From an uncultured Gammaproteobacteria bacterium (GTDB lineage Bacteria; Pseudomonadota; Gammaproteobacteria; PS1; Pseudothioglobaceae): a stretch of 64,000 nt of DNA. Positions 19,528 to 30,837 of the stretch are shown in pieces (position 1 is the first letter of the stretch; every line of letters starts with the position of its first letter). The DNA is taken from contig CABXNH010000001.1 in NCBI GenBank assembly GCA_902513495.1, positions 5,858-69,857 of the forward strand, given 5' to 3'. A model generated the notes under the pieces. The model was not told the origin of the DNA and ran no database searches. It saw nothing but the letters and a program-made list of their open reading frames with translations. The position numbers were made by a program, and so were the translations under genes.

Positions 19528-21810
19528 ATGAAAAAGTTCTTATTTTTTATTATTCTAATGTTAGGTCAATTCTCTGTTAGCGCTGAAGGGGTAAATCTAA
19601 ACTGCTCTCCAAGTCAACCTCTTTGTGATAATTGTCCAGAATACCAAACTCTATTTCCTTTAGAGGAATTTTCAGAAAGTTCAGGCGCCCTTGATATTGA
19701 GGCAGATGAGAGTGAAATTCTTGAGGAGAAATATCTTCTCTCAGGAAATGTAGAAGTAAATTCAGAGAGTTTATTTTTATCAGCAAATGATGTCGAAGTG
19801 ACCTCAGCTGATAGCTCTCTCTTAGCTACTGGAAATGTGAAATTTCAGGATAATTCCTTTCTTATAAAGAGTAATTTTCTCTCTGCCTCAAGAAAAGATG
19901 GCGAACTCATTGCAACTGCAACTAATGCCAATTATCAAGACTATTCAGCTGGTCTTAGGGGTGCAAATGGCTTCACAGAAGTAATTGAAAAAAAACCAAA
20001 TAGCGTATTACTTACCAACTCAACCTACAGCCTCTGCCCAGTGAATCAAAATGATTGGCATATTGATGCTGATCAAATAGAATTAAAACTTGATAAGAAT
20101 AGAGGTGTTGCCGATAATGCAACAATCAAGTTTTATGGCGTTCCAATATTTTATACGCCTAAGTATAGTTGGGTTCTTGCTGGTCGAGGCTCAGGCTTTT
20201 TAACTCCGGATTACTCTAGATATAATGAACCTGACTCTAGATATAATGAACCTGGACAAGATGATGACGCCTATAGTCTTCGTGTACCCTACTACTTCAA
20301 TCTAGCACCTGATCGTGATTTATTAGTTGCGCTGACTTATATGTCTAGTAGAAGATTTATCTATGAAGGTAAATACCGCCAACTAATTGCTCCAAAAATT
20401 TCTACAGATCATGAAGACTCTATATATTCAATTGAGGCAAAATATTTACCCGAAGATAAAATCACAGGCTTAAAAAGATGGCTTGTTAATTTTTCAGAGG
20501 AATTGGATTTATCTGACAAAATTCATCTAAGTGCTCAATATCACAGAGTGTCTGATGCTAAATATTTTGAAGAAATTGCTAGAACAAATACAGATACTAA
20601 AACACTTAAGTCGTCTTTAAAATATTCATATGATGATGAAGACAGTAACCTATCATTAGCCGTTTTAACTGAGGATGAGCAATTAGTTAATGCTGGAACC
20701 CCAGTCTATACAAGAGCATTAGAAGGATCAGTTTCTAAAACGCTCAATGCAAATCAAAAAATGCCTATACAGGTTGATTTAGTTAGTACTCGTTTTGCTC
20801 ATGACACAGCAACTAAAGAATCGGGAACAAGAACTCATGGAAATCTTGGAATCTCAAGAGAGCTTAATATTAATTACCCTAAAGTAACGCCTAAGGCCAG
20901 TGTAGCCATAACTAATTACTCCTTAAAGAATAGCCCAAATATAAACAGAACTATTTTAGGTTCAGGATTAGATGTTGACTTTACTGTCAATAATGAAACT
21001 AACCTTTTTGGTTATCAAGTTAACCATCAAATCACCCCTTTAATCAGCTACAACTACAGAGCTAAGAAGGTTCAAGGAAATATTCCATTATTTGATAGTA
21101 CCGACAAGTATGATGATATCATCAGTTTTGCCGATCTTACGTCTGGTGAGAGATATACCGGCCTTGACAGAATTACAAATGCTAACGACATTACATTAAG
21201 TCTTTCGTCCACATATCGAGATGTAAATGCTTTAGATGATGATAAAAATTTGCTAAGTATGAAAATAGCTCAAACCTATTTTACTGATGATGAGGTTGTA
21301 AGTGATACAGCAAATACGAACTATGAAACTAGAAAATCTTACTCAGATATTGCTGCCTCAATAGATATGGCAATCAATAATTTTTCACTTAGCTCTGCCG
21401 CTCAATTTAATCCAGGCACCTCTAAAATAGTTAAAAAGGAAAACACTATAAGCTATAGCCCATCTTCAAGACAATTTATATCTTTAAGTTTCATTGATGA
21501 AGGCACAAAACAAACAGAAAAGATTTATGGTGCTTATCCACTTACTAACACAATTCATATTTTCGGAGGACGAGATAAAACCACTTCAACTGGAGTATTA
21601 AACAAAGAAACTTCAGGAATTGCATATGAGTCATGCTGTTGGGCCTTCCGTATTGCTCACTTCAAAGAAGATAATCAACTTGGCAAAGGGGGACACAATT
21701 ACAGCACTGGCATGGAATTAGTTCTCACTGGGTTAGGCTCAACATCATCCCCATTAAAAGGAAAAATTGAAAACAACATCCCAGGATATGCAGCAAAACT
21801 TAGAGAATGA
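19528..21810 (+). CDS. lptD: LPS assembly protein LptD
   Basis: Signal peptide from ATG 19528 (MKKFLFF). YSLCP, RGSGFLTP, PYYFNLAPDRD, RYTGLDRI, YESCCW. Precedes surA. Confidence 0.92.
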   Translation: MKKFLFFIILMLGQFSVSAEGVNLNCSPSQPLCDNCPEYQTLFPLEEFSESSGALDIEADESEILEEKYLLSGNVEVNSESLFLSANDVEVTSADSSLLATGNVKFQDNSFLIKSNFLSASRKDGELIATATNANYQDYSAGLRGANGFTEVIEKKPNSVLLTNSTYSLCPVNQNDWHIDADQIELKLDKNRGVADNATIKFYGVPIFYTPKYSWVLAGRGSGFLTPDYSRYNEPDSRYNEPGQDDDAYSLRVPYYFNLAPDRDLLVALTYMSSRRFIYEGKYRQLIAPKISTDHEDSIYSIEAKYLPEDKITGLKRWLVNFSEELDLSDKIHLSAQYHRVSDAKYFEEIARTNTDTKTLKSSLKYSYDDEDSNLSLAVLTEDEQLVNAGTPVYTRALEGSVSKTLNANQKMPIQVDLVSTRFAHDTATKESGTRTHGNLGISRELNINYPKVTPKASVAITNYSLKNSPNINRTILGSGLDVDFTVNNETNLFGYQVNHQITPLISYNYRAKKVQGNIPLFDSTDKYDDIISFADLTSGERYTGLDRITNANDITLSLSSTYRDVNALDDDKNLLSMKIAQTYFTDDEVVSDTANTNYETRKSYSDIAASIDMAINNFSLSSAAQFNPGTSKIVKKENTISYSPSSRQFISLSFIDEGTKQTEKIYGAYPLTNTIHIFGGRDKTTSTGVLNKETSGIAYESCCWAFRIAHFKEDNQLGKGGHNYSTGMELVLTGLGSTSSPLKGKIENNIPGYAAKLRE
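20213..20254 (+). repeat. Perfect 21-bp tandem duplication inside lptD
   Basis: actctagatataatgaacctg twice, encoding YSRYNEP-DSRYNEP. Confidence 0.9.
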
Positions 21811-22685
21811 AAAATATCTTAGTTCTCTTTCTTGTAGCTTTTACAAGTTGTGTATTTTCAAATAACACGATAATTGCATTAGTCAATAACTCTCCTATTA
21901 CCCTAAATTCAGTCCAAATTAATTGGAAAGAGGCTAATACAAAGGATGAGAAAATAATGATTATCAACAATCATATTGAAAACATTCTTCAAATACATAA
22001 AGCAATAGAACTTGATTTAACGCCAACTAGAAGAGAGATAGACAATGTATTAAATGATATTGCTCAAAGTAATAACCTCTCTCTAAAAGAACTGATGGAT
22101 TTTGAGAATTTTTCTTCCATCGAGAGAGAACTAATAGAAAAATTATCAATTTTAAATCTACAAAGATTTATCACTAAGGATTTAAAGAAACCTAAAGAAC
22201 AAGTTTTTTATGTTTGCTCAAACGAAAACTCAATTAAAGATCAAAAACAAATTAAGATTGCTCAAATAATCATTTCAGAGATTGATACTCAAGCAAATGA
22301 AATGGATAAAAAAAACTCACTAATAAAAACTTTCTTAAATAAACTTGCAGACCACATAAATAAGGGGGCTTCATTTGAGGCCTTTGCAAAACTTCACTCA
22401 CAGCATCCAAGTTATCAAAATGGCGGTATTACAGACTGGCTTCCAGTTAAGGGTCCAACACTAAAGATGCTAGATTCACTTAATAAGAAAGAAGTTTCAG
22501 AGGTCTATACGACTGATTTTGGACTTGCAATAGCAATAAAAGTTGATGAACGTTTTATTAGTAGTAAACTTAAAGAATGTAAAGAAAGAGTGATCTATGA
22601 GCATGCTGAAATGTATTATTCAGATTGGCTAACAAATCTCAGAGAAGAAGCTAATATAGAAATTTATTATGACAAATTACTTTAA
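21807..22685 (+). CDS. surA: SurA-like periplasmic chaperone with a single parvulin domain
   Basis: IIALVNNSPIT, GASFEAFAKLHSQ, NGG..DW, WLTNLREEANIE. ATGA overlap with lptD. Confidence 0.8.
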   Translation: MKNILVLFLVAFTSCVFSNNTIIALVNNSPITLNSVQINWKEANTKDEKIMIINNHIENILQIHKAIELDLTPTRREIDNVLNDIAQSNNLSLKELMDFENFSSIERELIEKLSILNLQRFITKDLKKPKEQVFYVCSNENSIKDQKQIKIAQIIISEIDTQANEMDKKNSLIKTFLNKLADHINKGASFEAFAKLHSQHPSYQNGGITDWLPVKGPTLKMLDSLNKKEVSEVYTTDFGLAIAIKVDERFISSKLKECKERVIYEHAEMYYSDWLTNLREEANIEIYYDKLL

Positions 22686-22697
22686 GACATAATTTTA

Positions 22698-23444
22698 ATG
22701 TCCAAATCTATTAATTTATTTGGCTTCCATAGCATTGAAAGTTTACTTATAACGAATCCTGAATCGATTATCAAGGTTTCGATTCAAAGTAACAGGAAAG
22801 ATAAAAGAGCTGCAGAATTAATAAACACATTAACAAGACAGAAAATACCATTTTTAACTTCTGATAGAAATGACTTAGATCGAATTGCCAAAGGTGAAAT
22901 TCATCAAGGTGTGATTTCTGAAGTTATACTTCCTCCGCTGATGAATGAAGAATCCCTATTAAATTCAATCAGTGAAAATTCTACAAAGCCGTTAATCTTA
23001 ATTTTAGATTCAATCCAAGACCCTAGAAACTTAGGGGCCTGCCTGAGAAGCGCAAATGCTGCTGGCGTTGAGCATGTAGTAATTAACAAAGATGGCTCAG
23101 CCCCCATTAATGCTTTGGTGCATAAAACCTCTGCTGGCGCTATAAACACTCTTAGAATTTATCACGTAACAAATCTATCAAGAACAATAAAAGATTTACA
23201 GAAAAGAGGTGTATGGGTTATAGGTTTAGATGGTAATTCGCAGTCAACTATTTATGATGTCAACTTAACAGATACTACTGCAATAGTTATGGGCTCAGAA
23301 GGCAAGGGGATAAGGCAGTTAATAAAAAAAACATGTGATCAAATTGTAACTATTCCAATGTCAGGAGATATAGAAAGCCTTAATGTTTCAGTTGCAACGG
23401 GGATCGCCCTTTTTGAAAGCAAAAGACAGAGAGAAAGCACTTAA
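22698..23444 (+). CDS. rlmB: 23S rRNA Gm2251 methyltransferase RlmB
   Basis: HQGV, LDSIQDPRNLGACLRS, MGSEGKG, ESLNVSVA. Confidence 0.95.
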   Translation: MSKSINLFGFHSIESLLITNPESIIKVSIQSNRKDKRAAELINTLTRQKIPFLTSDRNDLDRIAKGEIHQGVISEVILPPLMNEESLLNSISENSTKPLILILDSIQDPRNLGACLRSANAAGVEHVVINKDGSAPINALVHKTSAGAINTLRIYHVTNLSRTIKDLQKRGVWVIGLDGNSQSTIYDVNLTDTTAIVMGSEGKGIRQLIKKTCDQIVTIPMSGDIESLNVSVATGIALFESKRQREST

Positions 23445-23491
23445 CATTCATTAAAGTTTTGGGTATAATTTTCGGCTTTATAATTTAGATA

Positions 23492-24016
23492 ATGAAAAAA
23501 AATACGCAGCTTCCAAAAACTATTAAATTATTTAACTTTGCTAAAAAAGAAGTTAACTTACATGGTGAATATAAAATTTCAAATGTACCTAGAGTTTCAG
23601 AAGTGGCGAGGAATGTCGAGGACAATTTAAAAGTTAATTTATCTTTTAATTTAGAAAATGGAAAAACACCCTGTGTTAAGGGGATAATTGAATCCAAAAT
23701 TGTATTAGACTGTCAACGATGTCTAGACACTCTTGATTTAAACTTAAAGGTTCTTTTTAATCTTGCCTTTGTGAGATTTGAAAGCCAAGCAGAGGAGTTA
23801 GATAAAAGTTTTGAGGTATATGTTATTGGAGAGGATGAGGAGTTAGACACATTGAACTTAATATCTGATGAGATTCTTTTATCTCTCCCAATGGTTCCTT
23901 CACATGAATTTGATTGCAGTTTAAGCGAAGACAATGAAACAAAAGTTGAGAAGGTTCGTAAAAACCCTTTCGATGTTTTAAAAAATATTAAAATAGCCGA
24001 TTTTGGCAAGGAGTAA
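23492..24016 (+). CDS. yceD: YceD/DUF177 protein
   Basis: CQRCL, DEILLSLPMVP, NPFDVLK. Directly upstream of rpmF. Confidence 0.9.
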   Translation: MKKNTQLPKTIKLFNFAKKEVNLHGEYKISNVPRVSEVARNVEDNLKVNLSFNLENGKTPCVKGIIESKIVLDCQRCLDTLDLNLKVLFNLAFVRFESQAEELDKSFEVYVIGEDEELDTLNLISDEILLSLPMVPSHEFDCSLSEDNETKVEKVRKNPFDVLKNIKIADFGKE

Positions 24017-24019
24017 AAA

Positions 24020-24220
24020 ATGGCAGTTCAAAAAAGCAGAAAAACACCTTCAAAAAGGGGGATGCGTCGTTCTCACAATGCGCTAAAAAATCCTGCGTTG
24101 TCGGAAGATCAAGAAACTGGTGAAACTCACCTTAGACATCATATTACTGCTGATGGTTACTATCGTGGTAAGCAGGTAATCAAATCTGCAACTGATGATA
24201 TCGAAGAGATAGAAGCCTAA
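24020..24220 (+). CDS. rpmF: 50S ribosomal protein L32
   Basis: [19 protein letters not shown]...HLRHHI..DGYYRG. Confidence 0.97.
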   Translation: MAVQKSRKTPSKRGMRRSHNALKNPALSEDQETGETHLRHHITADGYYRGKQVIKSATDDIEEIEA

Positions 24221-24227
24221 AAAAGAC

Positions 24228-25250
24228 ATGTCTATCAAGGTATCAATAGATGCCTCAGGTGGTGATTTTGGGCTCTCAGTCACTATTAATGCTGGTATTA
24301 ATGCTTTAAAAAGCTACGATGATCTAAATGTAATTTTTGTGGGTGATCAAACTGGGATTGAAAAAGAGCTCCAAAAAAACTCATCTTATACAAAATTTTT
24401 TGACCGTATTAAAATCACTCACGCCACCGAGGTTATCAATATGAGTGACTCGCCTTCTGTCGCCTTAAGACATAAGAAAGACTCCTCAATGAGGGTCGCT
24501 ATTAATCTCGTTAAAAATGGAGCAGCTGATGCTTGCGTTAGCGCTGGCAATACTGGTGCTTTAATGGCTATTGCAAGGTTTGTTTTAAAAACTATAAAAG
24601 GAGTCGATAGGCCTGCCATTATGTCAGCCGTCCCAACTCTTTCAGGAGCAACTCACGTTCTTGACTTGGGCGCTAATATTGATTCAAAACCAAGCACTCT
24701 TCTTCAATTTGGAATCATGGGGTCAATCGCAGTTCAAAATACTGAGAACATAGAGAGTCCTTCAGTGGGACTATTAAATGTTGGCTCTGAGGAGCTAAAA
24801 GGAAACGAAAAAAGTCAAGAAACATCCGAACTCTTTAAAAAATCATCTCTCAACTATATTGGATTTGTTGAAGGCGATGATATTTACAAAGGAAATATTG
24901 ACGTTATAGTTTGTGATGGCTTTGAGGGAAATATTGCTCTTAAAGCAAGTGAGGGAGTAGCTAAAATGTTCTCATATTTCATCAAGAAGTCATTTAATAA
25001 AAACCTCTTTACTAAGCTTATTGCTCTCATAGCACAGCCAGTCATGAGAGACTTTAAATCTAAAGTTAATCCTGGAAAATATAATGGCGCAAGCCTACTA
25101 GGCTTAAAAGGTGTTGTTGTAAAGAGTCATGGTAATGCGGATGTAGATTCATTTTTGCAGGCAATCAAAGAGGCCTATCTAGAGGCGCATGCTAAAATAA
25201 CGGATAAGATTTCAACGCAACTGACGCGCGAATTAGAAGATCATAAATAA
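24228..25250 (+). CDS. plsX: Phosphate acyltransferase PlsX
   Basis: DASGGD, SAGNTGA, LDLGAN, VCDGFEGN, KSHG. Confidence 0.96.
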   Translation: MSIKVSIDASGGDFGLSVTINAGINALKSYDDLNVIFVGDQTGIEKELQKNSSYTKFFDRIKITHATEVINMSDSPSVALRHKKDSSMRVAINLVKNGAADACVSAGNTGALMAIARFVLKTIKGVDRPAIMSAVPTLSGATHVLDLGANIDSKPSTLLQFGIMGSIAVQNTENIESPSVGLLNVGSEELKGNEKSQETSELFKKSSLNYIGFVEGDDIYKGNIDVIVCDGFEGNIALKASEGVAKMFSYFIKKSFNKNLFTKLIALIAQPVMRDFKSKVNPGKYNGASLLGLKGVVVKSHGNADVDSFLQAIKEAYLEAHAKITDKISTQLTRELEDHK

Positions 25251-25260
25251 TTACTGAATA

Positions 25261-26205
25261 ATGAAAAAATTTGCAAGAATTATTGGGACAGGAAGTTATT
25301 TACCTTCAAAAGTTGTAACTAATTTTGATCTTGAAAAAACGCTTAATACGTCTGATGATTGGATTACCGCAAGAACGGGAATCAAAGAGAGAAGAATTGT
25401 AACTGACCAAAGCACTTGTGATCTTGCTCTTGAAGCAAGTCTTAAGGCTCTTTCAATGGCCAAGCTTAAGCCCCAAGATATAGATCTTATTATTCTTTCA
25501 ACAACCACGCCAGACAAAATTTTTCCTGCAACAGCAACAATGCTTCAAGATCGACTTGGAGCATCATGCCCAGCCTTTGATATTCAAGCAGTATGCGCAG
25601 GTTTTGTCTTTGCTTTAACGACTGCACAGCAATATATTGAAAACGGAAGTGCAAAAAATATTTTAGTAGTTGGAAGTGAAACCATGTCAAAAATTGTTGA
25701 TTGGAGTGATCGCTCAACTGCCATTTTGTTTGCTGATGGCGCTGGAGCAGTTGTTTTAAGTACAGACAATACAACAGGTATAAAGCATTCAAAAATATGT
25801 AGTGATGGTAGTTACCTTTCTTCACTTCACGTTAATAATAATGGCATTAATGAACTAGGAACAATTCAGATGGAAGGCAACGAGGTTTTTAAAATTGCTG
25901 TTAATAGACTTTCAGACCTTGCAGAAGAGACGCTTAAAGACTGTAATATGACTTCTGAAGATTTGACTTGGATGGTTCCACATCAAGCAAATATTCGAAT
26001 CATTAATGCTGTTGCTAAAAAAATCAAACTTCCAATGGATAAGGTGATACAAACTCTTGACAAACATGGCAATACCTCCGCTGCCTCAATCCCGTTAGCA
26101 CTTGATGAAGGTGTTCGAGATGGAAGAATTAATAAAGGAGATACGCTCTTATTTGAAGGAATTGGTGGTGGCTTCAGCTGGGGAAGTATTCTCTTAGAGT
26201 ATTAG
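25261..26205 (+). CDS. fabH: Beta-ketoacyl-ACP synthase III
   Basis: AVCAGF, PHQAN, GNTSAASIP. Confidence 0.96.
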   Translation: MKKFARIIGTGSYLPSKVVTNFDLEKTLNTSDDWITARTGIKERRIVTDQSTCDLALEASLKALSMAKLKPQDIDLIILSTTTPDKIFPATATMLQDRLGASCPAFDIQAVCAGFVFALTTAQQYIENGSAKNILVVGSETMSKIVDWSDRSTAILFADGAGAVVLSTDNTTGIKHSKICSDGSYLSSLHVNNNGINELGTIQMEGNEVFKIAVNRLSDLAEETLKDCNMTSEDLTWMVPHQANIRIINAVAKKIKLPMDKVIQTLDKHGNTSAASIPLALDEGVRDGRINKGDTLLFEGIGGGFSWGSILLEY

Positions 26206-27110
26206 AACGCCCTATTCATTAACCTTTTGGTTAGTAATCTTAATGGCTCACTATCAACACTTAAATCCGATAATTCATTGAGGGCACTTTGGTATAGATT
26301 TTCAAAAGTTTTGATAGACTCATCCAAACCAATAATTACAGGATAAGAAGGCTTATTTTTAACTGCATCTGAGTTTTGACGCTTACCTAATACTTCATCA
26401 GAAGTGGTTACATCTAAGACATCATCTTGAACCTGATAGGCAAGCCCTACGAGATTTGCAAATGATTCTAATATTGATAAATCATTTTCACTAGCATTAT
26501 TTAGCAGTGCACCAAATTTAATAGCGCAATTAAGAAGCGCACCAGTTTTCTTTTGATGCATTTGATTAAGAATATTCTGATCAACCTTTTTGGAAACAAT
26601 AGATAAATCAATTGATTGACCCTCTGCCATAGCATAAGAAGAAATTGATAATAGCTCTAAGAGCTTTATTTTTGTATCAGCATCAACGAGAGGATCACTA
26701 GAAATAATGCTAAATGCTAAAGCCTGAAGACCGTCACCAGCAAGAATAGCCTGAGCCTCACCAAAAACCTTGTGGTTAGCAGGCTGATTATGTCTAATAT
26801 CATCATCATCCATAGCAGGTAAGTCATCATGGATTAGTGAGTAAATATGAATTAATTCAATTGCACAGGCACTTGAGTCAGCTTTTTCAATGTCTGAGTT
26901 AAATAAACTAGCAACAGTATAGGTGAGTATTGGTCTAAACCTCTTTCCTCCGGCTAAAACGCTATATTTCATAATATCCTTAAGCTCACTACTAATAATT
27001 GAGCTTGAAGGAATCGAGCTTAAATAACGATCTAAACGGGAGTTAACTCTCTCCCTATATTGATCATGAATCTTCAAAAGATTTTTCTTCGTTATAGTTG
27101 TCACTTTCAC
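26202..27110 (-). CDS. ispA: Farnesyl diphosphate synthase
   Basis: GGKRFRP, SLIHDDLPAMDDD, QVQDDVLD. The start may be TTG 27077, which shortens the overlap with xseB. Confidence 0.93.
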   Translation of the reverse strand: MKVTTITKKNLLKIHDQYRERVNSRLDRYLSSIPSSSIISSELKDIMKYSVLAGGKRFRPILTYTVASLFNSDIEKADSSACAIELIHIYSLIHDDLPAMDDDDIRHNQPANHKVFGEAQAILAGDGLQALAFSIISSDPLVDADTKIKLLELLSISSYAMAEGQSIDLSIVSKKVDQNILNQMHQKKTGALLNCAIKFGALLNNASENDLSILESFANLVGLAYQVQDDVLDVTTSDEVLGKRQNSDAVKNKPSYPVIIGLDESIKTFENLYQSALNELSDLSVDSEPLRLLTKRLMNRAF

Positions 27111-27291
27111 TTAAAATGCTGATGCGTTGCTCTGCATCTGAAAGCGCAGTATGGCATTGCCTATGAATCTTAACACCCTCCTCAAAATATTTCAGCGAAT
27201 CCTCTAAACTTAACTCACCCGACTCCATCTTATTGATGATCTCTTCAAGTTTTAACAAGCCCTTATTGAAATTAAATTTTTCAGCCATCAT
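27064..27291 (-). CDS. xseB: Exodeoxyribonuclease VII small subunit
   Basis: LEEIINKMESGELSLEDSLKYFEEG..AEQRI. Conserved xseB-ispA order. Confidence 0.95.
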   Translation of the reverse strand: MMAEKFNFNKGLLKLEEIINKMESGELSLEDSLKYFEEGVKIHRQCHTALSDAEQRISILSESDNYNEEKSFEDS

Positions 27292-27304
27292 TAAAGCCTT
27301 TAAT

Positions 27305-28138
27305 TTATGATTGATTTAAAATATAGTCCATCCATTTGCTAGGTAATATGTTACCTAAAAAAGCAAAAAATTTTGTTGGAAAGGTGACTCGATAGTAATT
27401 TTTTGGATTGCTTGACTCTAATGCATGGATTGCACTCTTTAATACAGCCTCAGGAGGCAGAGTGAATTTAACATTTTTGCCTGATTGAAGCCTCTTTATC
27501 ATAATTTTGTATTGATCCTGATAATGACTTGAAGAAATATCAACGTTTTGCTTGAACGCTAAATATGCATTTTTCCTGAACTTTGATTCAATTGGACCAG
27601 GCTGAATTGAAGAGAACTTAATATTTGTATCGCTAAGTTCTAACCTTAATGTAGCAATAAGGCCCTCAATAGCGAACTTTGATGCAACATAAGGGCCTCT
27701 AAAAGGCATTGCAACAAATCCTAAAACAGAGCTGATATAGATAATCCTTCCAACATTAAGATCTCTCATTCTTGGTAATACTAAATTCGTTAACTCATGC
27801 CATCCAAAAACATTCGATTGAAATTGCTTTTCTAAAGCATCTCTAGAAATATCTTCAAGAGCACCAGCTTGTCCATATGCACCATTATTGATTAATGCAT
27901 AAAGAGTATCAGTCATTTCATAAAGTTTAAAAACTGCGGTATTTATTGACTCTGAGGAGGATAAATCTAGTAGTAATGACTCAAAACCAAGATTTTGAAG
28001 GTTTTTTACATCATCAATTAATCTTGCTGAAGCAAAAACACGATATCCTTTTTCTTTAAGTCCCTTTGCAATGCAAAGACCAATGCCACTCGAACAACCT
28101 GTAATTAATACTGATTTTATTTTTGAATGTTTGTCCAA
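27305..28138 (-). CDS. SDR family oxidoreductase (YbbO-like)
   Basis: LITGCSSGIG, LINNGAYG, YVASKFAIEG. Confidence 0.9.
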   Translation of the reverse strand: MDKHSKIKSVLITGCSSGIGLCIAKGLKEKGYRVFASARLIDDVKNLQNLGFESLLLDLSSSESINTAVFKLYEMTDTLYALINNGAYGQAGALEDISRDALEKQFQSNVFGWHELTNLVLPRMRDLNVGRIIYISSVLGFVAMPFRGPYVASKFAIEGLIATLRLELSDTNIKFSSIQPGPIESKFRKNAYLAFKQNVDISSSHYQDQYKIMIKRLQSGKNVKFTLPPEAVLKSAIHALESSNPKNYYRVTFPTKFFAFLGNILPSKWMDYILNQS

Positions 28139-29256
28139 TACTCTGCCTTAGCTTTTAAATCTTTATCGATACTTTCTGATCGCAATACAAGAAAATCATA
28201 AGCCATTCTAAAACGCGGGTTTCTAATAAGAGCTTGTGATTTTTTTGGATTATAGTTCTCAAACTGGTATTGCATTAGCCATATATCCTTAACACGTGAT
28301 GAAAGCCATCTAGGCATCATAACTTGTTGTGTTTGTTGTTTTATTACATCCTCTGAAGCCTGAAGCATTAACTCAATGCGAGATTTATTTTTTTTACTTA
28401 TTTGACTCAATCTTTTATTGACTGCAGACCATAGAAAGACTGCAAATAAAAATGCAGGAGTGACACTGTTTCCATTTTTAATCCTTTCTGAGGTATTAAT
28501 TAAAGCAGCACTAACAAATGCATTTTCCTCAGTTTGAGAAAAAAGATGCTGTAAAAGTCCCAACTTAGCTAATTCACGAAAAGTTTTAATCGAATCTTCA
28601 TTATGAAAAAGCTTTATTACCTCCTCATAAAGCCTTGCTGGAGGAATGTTTGAAAGCAGTTTAGCGTTTTTTTGAATATCTTTAATAAGCTTTGGCTCAA
28701 TTGTTGCATTCAATTTTGCCTGAAATCGAACAGCTCGAATCATCCTCACTGGGTCTTCCTCAAAGCGTTCTGAGGGATTACCAATCATATTGATTTTTAA
28801 AATCTCTAAATCCTTAAGGCCGCCCACATAATCAATAACCTCAGATTTATTGATGTCATAATAAAGGCCATTTACAGTAAAGTCTCTACGAAAAACATCA
28901 TCTTTTAAAGTGCCATAATAGTTATCTCTTAGGACTAAACCATCACCTGACGTTTTGACTTTACCAGCACGAAAAGTTGCTACTTCAATAAATTTTCTGG
29001 CTGAAAACATAATATGAACTAGCTTAAAACGCCTTCCAATTATTCTAGAGCGTTTAAAGAGTTTGTGGATCTGTTCTGGTGTTGCGCTAGTTGCTATATC
29101 AAAGTCCTTAGGTTTGTGACCAAGGAGTATATCTCTTATACAACCCCCGACTAGATAAGATTCATAGCCTGATTCAATTAGTTTTTTTAAGATCTTTAAA
29201 GCATCTTGATCTAATAATTTTTTGTCAAATTTTACCTTTTGACGAATTACACTCAT
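28117..29256 (-). CDS. pcnB: Poly(A) polymerase I
   Basis: [21 protein letters not shown] (PAP-specific), [25 protein letters not shown]. Confidence 0.93.
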   Translation of the reverse strand: MSVIRQKVKFDKKLLDQDALKILKKLIESGYESYLVGGCIRDILLGHKPKDFDIATSATPEQIHKLFKRSRIIGRRFKLVHIMFSARKFIEVATFRAGKVKTSGDGLVLRDNYYGTLKDDVFRRDFTVNGLYYDINKSEVIDYVGGLKDLEILKINMIGNPSERFEEDPVRMIRAVRFQAKLNATIEPKLIKDIQKNAKLLSNIPPARLYEEVIKLFHNEDSIKTFRELAKLGLLQHLFSQTEENAFVSAALINTSERIKNGNSVTPAFLFAVFLWSAVNKRLSQISKKNKSRIELMLQASEDVIKQQTQQVMMPRWLSSRVKDIWLMQYQFENYNPKKSQALIRNPRFRMAYDFLVLRSESIDKDLKAKAEYWTNIQK

Positions 29257-29639
29257 AAACTAACAACTTCTCTTGGGGACCATCCTTTTTTTCTATGTTC
29301 ACATTCAACATTTGTATAGACGCCGCCCCTGACATTAAAGACAGCTTTTAATCTTATAAAACGAGGATCCATAGCTTCAACCAAATCATCTAAAATCTTG
29401 TTGGTTACAGCCTCATGAAAAGCACCTTCATTCCTATAAGACCAAAAATAATTTTTCAATGCCTTGAGCTCAACACAAAATTTATCGGCAATATACTCAA
29501 TATGAATATCAGCAAAGTCTGGTTGACCTGTTAATGGACAAAGACAGGTGAATTCTGATGAGTCAATTCGAATTACAAAATCTCTCTCAGAATTTGGATT
29601 ATCAAAAACTTCTAATATTTTACTTGGTGAACTAGACAT
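29253..29639 (-). CDS. queF: PreQ1 synthase QueF (short, single T-fold type)
   Basis: [31 protein letters not shown]. Confidence 0.95.
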   Translation of the reverse strand: MSSSPSKILEVFDNPNSERDFVIRIDSSEFTCLCPLTGQPDFADIHIEYIADKFCVELKALKNYFWSYRNEGAFHEAVTNKILDDLVEAMDPRFIRLKAVFNVRGGVYTNVECEHRKKGWSPREVVSL

Positions 29640-30798
29640 TACTTTTCTCTGGTTTATTAAAAGTTGTTATTTTATCAATAAAATATAAGGGTTTTCCTTG
29701 TCTAAACTGATAAAAAATTAACAAAAAAATAATAAACATTATATGTATTGACCACAGGCCTATTAATGGGTTTAATTCTCCATTCTCAATTGAAGTTTTT
29801 GCTACCAACAATCCATTGTTATAAATCATAAAAATCCCAACGCCTATTAATAAATTAATGCCCTTACCTGTTCTGGGGGAAGTTTTACCTAAAAGAACCC
29901 CAATAACAGACAAAATTAAAACTGATAGGGGTTGGGAAAAGCGCCATTGCATCTCAGCATTTGCTAACAAACCACCATCAGTTAATAAATCAATTGAAGT
30001 TTTTTCTTCAATTTCAGAAAAGTTAGAGAGTGATTGTTGAACTTCACCAGAAACTATCTCTAAATCATACTGATCAAAATCTAATATATTTACATTTAAA
30101 TCGCTAGGCAACCCCTCATAGCGAACTCCGTCCTTTAGTCTTAGGTAAATACTTTGGCTTATTGAGTCAGTATATTTTGTCGCTTCAGATGCTAATACAA
30201 TAACTGGACTTTCTTGACTCGAAACATAGATGAATACCTCTTCCATGTTTTGCTCGCCAGCTGCATCTATGACTGATGATTCTGATGCATAAAAAACAAT
30301 TTCACCATCTTTAAAACTTTCAAACTTACCTTCGGTAATAAAGGAGAACTCAGAAGCATTAACAGTCTCATCTTCAGCATAACTTTTTTGCTGTTTAGCC
30401 CATGGTACAGCATAAATAGTTAGAATAAAAACTACAATAAAAGAGAAGATAACTATCGGTTGAATATAGTAGATAAAACCTTTATCCCCTATTCCAACTG
30501 AATTCATAACAACTGCTTCAGAACTCTTATACATCTGAGATATAGAAATGATGATGGCTAAGAAAAGAGAAAGTGAAAATATAACAGGTATATCGCGAAG
30601 CATATTAAATCCAATGATTGGCATAAGTTCCTGAAAAGGAATACCATGCTCAACACTCTCTTGAACCGTTAATACAAATTGATTACCAAAAACGATAAGC
30701 CCAATAATAAAAAAAATAGATACTAGAAAAACGATTAGATTCTTCAATAAATATCTTGAAAGGATTGTATTTGGAAAGTTAAAAATTTTAGACAGCAT
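29632..30798 (-). CDS. lptF: LPS export permease LptF
   Basis: [39 protein letters not shown]. Six-TM layout. Confidence 0.88.
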   Translation of the reverse strand: MLSKIFNFPNTILSRYLLKNLIVFLVSIFFIIGLIVFGNQFVLTVQESVEHGIPFQELMPIIGFNMLRDIPVIFSLSLFLAIIISISQMYKSSEAVVMNSVGIGDKGFIYYIQPIVIFSFIVVFILTIYAVPWAKQQKSYAEDETVNASEFSFITEGKFESFKDGEIVFYASESSVIDAAGEQNMEEVFIYVSSQESPVIVLASEATKYTDSISQSIYLRLKDGVRYEGLPSDLNVNILDFDQYDLEIVSGEVQQSLSNFSEIEEKTSIDLLTDGGLLANAEMQWRFSQPLSVLILSVIGVLLGKTSPRTGKGINLLIGVGIFMIYNNGLLVAKTSIENGELNPLIGLWSIHIMFIIFLLIFYQFRQGKPLYFIDKITTFNKPEKSNV

Positions 30799-30837
30799 TA
30801 AGTTAATTATAAAATACTCTAGCTGATAAGAGAGTCT

